The notes beneath the pieces are model-generated. The model saw nothing but the letters and a program-made list of their open reading frames with translations. It was not told the DNA's origin and searched no databases. The translations under genes were made by a program, and so were the position numbers. From Escherichia coli (GTDB taxonomy: Bacteria > Pseudomonadota > Gammaproteobacteria > Enterobacterales > Enterobacteriaceae), in assembly GCF_009931435.1 (NCBI RefSeq), contig NZ_CP043414.1: a stretch of DNA of 64,000 nt. One strand, 5' to 3'. Below are positions 58,064-64,000 of the stretch, in pieces. Every line of letters starts with the position of its first letter. Within the stretch, counting starts at the first letter, position 1.

Positions 58064-58407
58064 TTCATCATCCTTTTCTTATACTTCTGGGGTAAAATAT
58101 CCGTTATAACGCCTTCACCTATAAATCCGGCTTCCCACAGCAGAAACTCACTGCCACAGCTGATCCACGGCATTACAAGTTCAGGATTTAAAAACGCCAT
58201 CTCAAGATTGTGTACCATTTCGCCAGGGTGAATCGTTTTTCCATAGCCGTCGATGTAAATCCGGCAGCCATAACCATATGAAGATAACTCATTAATCCCT
58301 TTAAAAAAGACAGGACAGCCGTAAAAACGGTTAGATGATAACAAAGGGCCACGATGCGATTTTTGCGTTGAAGAGTATAGTGTAATGGTAATCCGAACCT
58401 TTCTCAT
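58060..58407 (-). CDS. Hypothetical protein, 115 aa, no recognisable family
   Basis: Track ORF; ATG preceded by GGAGGG SD (minus strand TTCGGAGGGAAGATG); translationally coupled to the downstream SUKH-like ORF (4-nt overlap). Confidence 0.6.
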   Translation of the reverse strand: MRKVRITITLYSSTQKSHRGPLLSSNRFYGCPVFFKGINELSSYGYGCRIYIDGYGKTIHPGEMVHNLEMAFLNPELVMPWISCGSEFLLWEAGFIGEGVITDILPQKYKKRMMK

Positions 58408-58419
58408 CTTCCCTCCGAA

Positions 58420-58752
58420 TTAATTACGCTCTTCAATCAAATATGTCGTTTTATTAGTCCAGGCGATTATTTTATAGGGTCTGTTAATAATACCTTTCTG
58501 CGTATAATCAGCCATAATTTCTGATGGATACCAACCATAACCAAAGCAAAATAAAGCACCTACATTAATAAGCTCACTAATTACACTTAGTTTCTCATTT
58601 TCATTACTGGTATTTTTGCTAAATCGATCATTGTCGGCAGAAAAACCCAACCGTTGCATTTTTTCAACGTTATCATATCCGGTCACTACCGTTTCAATGA
58701 AATTATCACTTATGCTAACCACTATAATACAATCGCTCGGCAGTGTGTTCAT
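58420..58752 (-). CDS. Hypothetical protein, 110 aa, no recognisable family
   Basis: Track ORF; ATG start; 12-nt gap to next ORF; AT-rich upstream region 58753-58975 likely holds the promoter. Confidence 0.55.
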   Translation of the reverse strand: MNTLPSDCIIVVSISDNFIETVVTGYDNVEKMQRLGFSADNDRFSKNTSNENEKLSVISELINVGALFCFGYGWYPSEIMADYTQKGIINRPYKIIAWTNKTTYLIEERN

Positions 58753-58975
58753 TTCCCCTTGATCCTTCTAAAGTCATTTTTTCACCACAACAATGAATTC
58801 AATAGATATAATGAATATATGCAGCCATTTATATATAATTAGCATTACACCCTAATGCCTTAATATAACCCAAACAGAAATCGTCCGATAATCAGAAAAT
58901 GTAATCATTGAATAAAGCAGGAACCTTTTTATCGCATGAGAAACCGAAGATGGTTGATGCCGTTTCGTCAAACAT

Positions 58976-58995
58976 TACTGTACAAAATATCAGTG
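58976..58995. promoter_or_regulatory. LexA-box-like sequence upstream of polB (one mismatch to CTGT-N8-ACAG)
   Basis: TACTGTACAAAATATCAGTG: CTGT-N8-TCAG. polB is a known SOS gene; the K-12 box as I recall (CTGTATAAAACCACAG) is a perfect match, this one is not. Confidence 0.45.
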
Positions 58996-59001
58996 TTCAG
59001 T

Positions 59002-59034
59002 AAAAAACCAGGCTATAATCAAGCCTGGTTTTTT
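59002..59034. terminator. A-run/hairpin/T-run element just upstream of polB (hairpin loop contains TATAAT)
   Basis: AAAAAACCAGGCTATAATCAAGCCTGGTTTTTT; perfect 7-bp stem CCAGGCT/AGCCTGG. Could terminate transcription from either side and/or supply the polB -10. Confidence 0.55.
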
Positions 59035-59048
59035 GATGGATTTTCAGC

Positions 59049-61400
59049 GTGGCGCAGGCAGGTTTTATCTTAACCCGACACTGGCGGGACACCCCGCAAG
59101 GGACAGAGGTCTCCTTCTGGCTGGCGACGGACAACGGGCCGTTGCAGGTTACGCTTGCACCGCAAGAGTCCGTGGCGTTTATTCCCGCCGATCAGGTTCC
59201 CCGCGCCCAGCATATTTTGCAGGGTGAACAAGGCTTTCGCCTGACGCCGCTGGCGTTAAAGGATTTTCATCGCCAGCCGGTGTATGGCCTTTACTGTCGC
59301 GCCCATCGCCAGTTAATGAATTACGAAAAGCGCCTGCGTGAAGGTGGCGTTACCGTCTACGAGGCCGATGTGCGCCCGCCAGAACGCTATCTGATGGAGC
59401 GGTTTATCACCTCACCGGTGTGGGTCGAGGGTGATATGCGCAATGGCGCTATCGTTAATGCCCGTCTGAAACCGCATCCCGACTACCGCCCGCCGCTCAA
59501 GTGGGTTTCTATTGATATTGAAACCACCCGCCACGGTGAACTGTACTGCATCGGTCTGGAAGGCTGCGGGCAGCGCATCGTTTATATGCTGGGGCCGGAG
59601 AATGGCGATGCCTCCGCGCTTGATTTCGAACTGGAGTACGTCGCCAGTCGTCCGCATCTGCTGGAAAAACTCAACGCCTGGTTTGCTAACCACGATCCCG
59701 ATGTGATCATCGGCTGGAACGTGGTGCAATTCGATCTGCGAATGCTGCAAAAACATGCCGAGCGTTATCGTATTCCGCTGCGGCTGGGGCGCGATAACAG
59801 TGAGCTGGAGTGGCGCGAGCACGGCTTTAAAAACGGTGTCTTTTTTGCCCAGGCCAAAGGGCGGCTAATTATCGACGGTATCGAGGCACTGAAATCCGCG
59901 TTCTGGAATTTCTCTTCATTCTCGCTGGAAACCGTCGCTCAGGAGTTATTAGGCGAAGGAAAATCTATCGATAACCCGTGGGATCGGATGGACGAAATTG
60001 ACCGCCGTTTCGCCGAAGATAAACCTGCGCTAGCAACTTATAACCTGAAAGATTGCGAACTGGTGACGCAGATCTTCCACAAAACTGAAATCATGCCGTT
60101 TTTACTCGAACGAGCGACGGTTAACGGCCTGCCGGTAGATCGGCACGGGGGATCGGTGGCGGCGTTTGGTCATCTCTATTTTCCGCGAATGCATCGCGCT
60201 GGTTATGTCGCGCCTAATCTCGGCGAAGTGCCGCCGCACGCCAGCCCTGGCGGCTATGTGATGGATTCGCGGCCTGGGCTTTATGATTCGGTACTGGTGC
60301 TGGACTATAAAAGCCTGTACCCGTCGATCATCCGCACCTTTCTGATTGATCCCGTCGGACTGGTAGAAGGTATGGCGCAGCCTGATCCAGAGCACAGTAC
60401 CGAAGGCTTTCTCGATGCCTGGTTCTCGCGGGAGAAACATTGCCTGCCGGAGATTGTGACTAACATCTGGCACGGGCGCGATGAAGCCAAACGCCAGGGC
60501 AATAAACCGCTGTCGCAGGCGCTGAAGATCATTATGAATGCCTTTTACGGCGTGCTCGGTACTACCGCCTGTCGCTTCTTCGATCCGCGCCTGGCATCGT
60601 CGATCACCATGCGTGGTCATCAGATCATGCGGCAAACCAAAGCGTTGATTGAAGCGCAGGGCTACGACGTGATCTACGGCGATACCGACTCAACGTTTGT
60701 CTGGCTGAAAGGCGCACATTCGGAAGAAGAAGCGGCGAAAATCGGTCGTGCACTGGTGCAGCACGTTAACGCCTGGTGGGCAGAAACGTTGCAACAGCAA
60801 CGGCTGACTAGCGCACTGGAATTGGAGTATGAAACCCATTTCTGCCGTTTTCTGATGCCAACCATTCGCGGAGCCGATACCGGCAGTAAAAAACGTTATG
60901 CCGGGCTGATTCAGGAGGGCGATAAGCAGCGGATGGTGTTTAAAGGGCTGGAAACCGTGCGCACCGACTGGACACCGCTGGCCCAGCAGTTTCAGCAGGA
61001 GCTATATCTACGTATCTTCCGCAACGAGCCATATCAGGAGTACGTCCGCGAAACCATCGACAAACTGATGGCTGGCGAACTGGATGCACGGCTGGTTTAC
61101 CGTAAACGCCTTCGCCGTCCACTGAGCGAATACCAGCGTAATGTGCCGCCTCATGTACGCGCCGCACGCCTTGCGGATGAAGAAAACCAAAAGCGCGGTC
61201 GCCCCTTGCAATATCAGAACCGCGGCACCATTAAGTACGTATGGACCACCAACGGCCCGGAGCCGCTGGACTACCAACGTTCACCGCTGGATTACGAACA
61301 CTATCTGACCCGCCAGCTACAACCCGTGGCGGAGGGAATACTCCCTTTTATTGAGGATAATTTTGCTACACTTATGACCGGGCAACTTGGGCTATTTTGA
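59049..61400 (+). CDS. polB: DNA polymerase II (family B), 783 aa, GTG start
   Basis: Track ORF; (M)[40 protein letters not shown]...; exonuclease and polymerase motifs (YGDTDS) present. Confidence 0.96.
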   Translation: MAQAGFILTRHWRDTPQGTEVSFWLATDNGPLQVTLAPQESVAFIPADQVPRAQHILQGEQGFRLTPLALKDFHRQPVYGLYCRAHRQLMNYEKRLREGGVTVYEADVRPPERYLMERFITSPVWVEGDMRNGAIVNARLKPHPDYRPPLKWVSIDIETTRHGELYCIGLEGCGQRIVYMLGPENGDASALDFELEYVASRPHLLEKLNAWFANHDPDVIIGWNVVQFDLRMLQKHAERYRIPLRLGRDNSELEWREHGFKNGVFFAQAKGRLIIDGIEALKSAFWNFSSFSLETVAQELLGEGKSIDNPWDRMDEIDRRFAEDKPALATYNLKDCELVTQIFHKTEIMPFLLERATVNGLPVDRHGGSVAAFGHLYFPRMHRAGYVAPNLGEVPPHASPGGYVMDSRPGLYDSVLVLDYKSLYPSIIRTFLIDPVGLVEGMAQPDPEHSTEGFLDAWFSREKHCLPEIVTNIWHGRDEAKRQGNKPLSQALKIIMNAFYGVLGTTACRFFDPRLASSITMRGHQIMRQTKALIEAQGYDVIYGDTDSTFVWLKGAHSEEEAAKIGRALVQHVNAWWAETLQQQRLTSALELEYETHFCRFLMPTIRGADTGSKKRYAGLIQEGDKQRMVFKGLETVRTDWTPLAQQFQQELYLRIFRNEPYQEYVRETIDKLMAGELDARLVYRKRLRRPLSEYQRNVPPHVRAARLADEENQKRGRPLQYQNRGTIKYVWTTNGPEPLDYQRSPLDYEHYLTRQLQPVAEGILPFIEDNFATLMTGQLGLF

Positions 61401-61563
61401 GCAAAAAAAGAGTTCGCCAGATACCATTTTGATGCGTGACGAATGCTTTGCCATCCAGTACCATAGCGCCCTTTCCATTCCTGGACCTGAATAACACCAC
61501 TACCTCATAAGCACGGTAGCGGGTGGTTATTGCCTGCAATTAAAGATATAGAGCCGAACACAT

Positions 61564-64000
61564 ATGCCTTTTACACTTGGTCAACGCTGGATCAGCGATA
61601 CAGAAAGCGAATTGGGACTTGGAACCGTTGTCGCGGTGGATGCGCGAACTGTCACTTTACTTTTCCCATCTACTGGTGAAAACCGTCTGTACGCACGCAG
61701 TGATTCCCCCGTGACCCGCGTGATGTTCAACCCTGGTGATACCATTACCAGCCATGACGGCTGGCAGATGCAAGTCGAAGAAGTAAAAGAAGAAAATGGC
61801 TTGCTGACCTATATCGGTACTCGCCTGGATACTGAAGAGTCCGGCGTAGCCCTGCGTGAAGTTTTCCTTGATAGCAAACTGGTGTTCAGCAAACCGCAGG
61901 ACCGTCTGTTTGCCGGGCAGATTGACCGTATGGACCGCTTTGCGCTGCGTTATCGCGCACGTAAATATTCCAGCGAACAGTTCCGTATGCCGTACAGCGG
62001 CCTGCGCGGTCAGCGTACCAGCCTGATCCCCCATCAGCTCAACATCGCTCATGATGTTGGTCGCCGCCATGCGCCGCGCGTCCTGCTGGCTGACGAAGTG
62101 GGTTTAGGGAAAACCATTGAAGCCGGGATGATCCTGCATCAGCAACTGCTCTCTGGCGCTGCTGAACGTGTACTGATTATCGTCCCGGAAACCTTACAGC
62201 ATCAGTGGCTGGTAGAAATGCTGCGCCGTTTCAACCTGCGTTTTGCCCTGTTTGATGATGAGCGTTACGCCGAAGCCCAGCACGACGCTTACAACCCGTT
62301 CGACACCGAACAGCTGGTGATTTGTTCGCTGGATTTTGCCCGTCGTAGCAAACAGCGTCTGGAACATCTCTGTGAAGCCGAATGGGACCTGCTGGTGGTC
62401 GATGAAGCGCATCACCTGGTGTGGAGCGAAGATGCGCCGAGCCGTGAATATCAGGCCATTGAACAACTGGCAGAGCATGTGCCCGGCGTTCTGCTGCTGA
62501 CTGCGACCCCGGAACAACTGGGGATGGAAAGCCACTTCGCCCGTCTGCGCCTGCTGGACCCGAACCGTTTCCACGATTTCGCGCAGTTCGTTGAAGAGCA
62601 GAAAAATTATCGTCCAGTAGCAGATGCCGTTGCCATGCTGCTGGCAGGTAACAAACTGAGCAATGATGAACTGAACATGCTCGGTGAGATGATCGGCGAG
62701 CAGGATATTGAGCCGTTACTGCAGGCGGCAAACAGCGACAGCGAAGATGCCCAGAGCGCCCGTCAGGAACTGGTTTCCATGCTGATGGATCGCCACGGCA
62801 CCAGCCGCGTGCTGTTCCGTAACACGCGTAACGGTGTGAAAGGCTTCCCGAAACGCGAGCTGCACACTATTAAGCTGCCGCTGCCGACGCAGTATCAGAC
62901 GGCGATTAAAGTGTCCGGCATTATGGGCGCACGTAAAAGTGCCGAAGATCGCGCTCGCGATATGCTCTACCCGGAGCGTATTTATCAGGAATTTGAAGGC
63001 GATAACGCCACCTGGTGGAACTTCGATCCGCGCGTTGAGTGGCTGATGGGCTACCTGACCAGCCATCGCTCTCAGAAAGTGCTGGTGATCTGCGCTAAAG
63101 CCGCTACCGCGCTGCAACTGGAGCAGGTACTGCGTGAGCGTGAAGGTATCCGCGCCGCGGTGTTCCACGAAGGCATGTCGATTATTGAGCGTGACCGCGC
63201 TGCGGCATGGTTTGCCGAAGAAGACACCGGCGCGCAGGTGCTGCTGTGTTCGGAAATCGGTTCTGAAGGGCGTAACTTCCAGTTCGCCAGCCACATGGTA
63301 ATGTTCGATCTGCCGTTCAACCCGGATCTGCTGGAGCAGCGTATTGGTCGTCTGGATCGTATCGGTCAGGCGCACGATATTCAGATCCATGTGCCTTATC
63401 TGGAAAAAACCGCTCAGTCGGTACTGGTACGCTGGTATCACGAAGGTCTGGATGCATTCGAGCACACCTGCCCGACCGGACGCACTATCTACGATAGCGT
63501 GTATAACGATCTGATTAACTACCTGGCCTCACCGGATCAAACCGAAGGCTTTGACGATCTGATCAAAAACTGCCGCGAGCAGCACGAGGCGTTGAAGGCA
63601 CAGCTGGAACAGGGTCGTGACCGCCTGCTGGAGATCCATTCCAACGGTGGCGAAAAAGCGCAGGCATTAGCTGAAAGCATTGAAGAGCAGGATGACGATA
63701 CCAACCTGATCGCCTTCGCCATGAACCTGTTCGATATTATCGGTATCAATCAGGACGATCGCGGCGACAACATGATCGTGCTGACGCCGTCCGATCATAT
63801 GCTGGTGCCGGACTTCCCGGGCCTGTCGGAAGATGGCATCACCATCACCTTTGATCGTGAAGTGGCGCTGGCGCGTGAAGATGCGCAGTTTATTACCTGG
63901 GAGCATCCGCTGATCCGCAACGGTCTGGATCTGATCCTCTCTGGCGATACCGGTAGCAGCACGATTTCACTGTTGAAAAACAAAGCGTTGCCGGTAGGTA
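61564..64000 (+). CDS. rapA: RNA polymerase-associated Swi2/Snf2 ATPase RapA (HepA), N-terminal ~812 codons (3' end beyond window)
   Basis: ATG at 61564 gives [47 protein letters not shown]...; helicase motifs DEVGLGKT and DEAHH read downstream. No stop in window so absent from track. Confidence 0.93.

Larger units (their letters stand above)
57613..58975. other. AT-rich accessory islet between araD and polB (not present in the K-12 gene order as I recall it)
   Basis: araD stop to polB start is ~1475 bp here; in K-12 araD (b0061) and polB (b0060) are adjacent with a ~75 bp spacer. Hand G+C counts on sampled 60-nt lines inside the islet gave roughly 32-45%, visibly lower than flanking genes. 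Confidence 0.75.

Noticed and set aside
57613-58975. Prophage or IS origin for the araD-polB islet
   Set aside because: No integrase, transposase, terminal inverted repeats, tRNA or flanking direct repeats could be seen; too small for a prophage. Origin remains unknown.
62716-63465. 249-aa minus-strand ORF
   Set aside because: Antisense to rapA, whose plus-strand frame is continuous from 61564 and matches RapA motifs.

Overview
The window is a co-linear stretch of Escherichia coli core chromosome, in reverse orientation relative to the K-12 map (roughly K-12 minutes 1.3-2.7, rapA to aceE). Gene order (window orientation): aceE' (partial) - pdhR - aroP - ampE - ampD - nadC - ppdD-hofB-hofC - guaC - coaE-zapD-yacG - mutT - secA - secM - lpxC - the whole dcw division/cell-wall cluster (ftsZ, ftsA, ftsQ, ddlB, murC, murG, ftsW, murD, mraY, murF, murE, ftsI, ftsL, rsmH, mraZ) - cra - ilvH-ilvI - leuO - leuLABCD - sgrS/sgrR - TPP riboswitch-thiBPQ - yabI - araC - araBAD - [islet] - polB - rapA' (partial). 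Identifications rest on my reading of the ORF-track translations against remembered K-12 proteins; no database search was run. Several track ORFs were trimmed to the start that matches the known protein. The most interesting feature is an AT-rich ~1.4 kb islet between araD and polB, where K-12 as I recall it has only a ~75 bp spacer. It carries three tightly coupled small minus-strand ORFs; the last resembles SUKH/SMI1-KNR4 immunity proteins, so this may be an orphan immunity or small toxin-immunity module. Other departures from K-12: setA is absent between sgrS and leuD, the sgrT start codon reads ATA, hofB carries an in-frame 12-bp tandem duplication, and REP/BIME spacers differ in length. 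The strain is therefore E. coli but not K-12. No rRNA, tRNA, CRISPR, IS element or integrase was seen.
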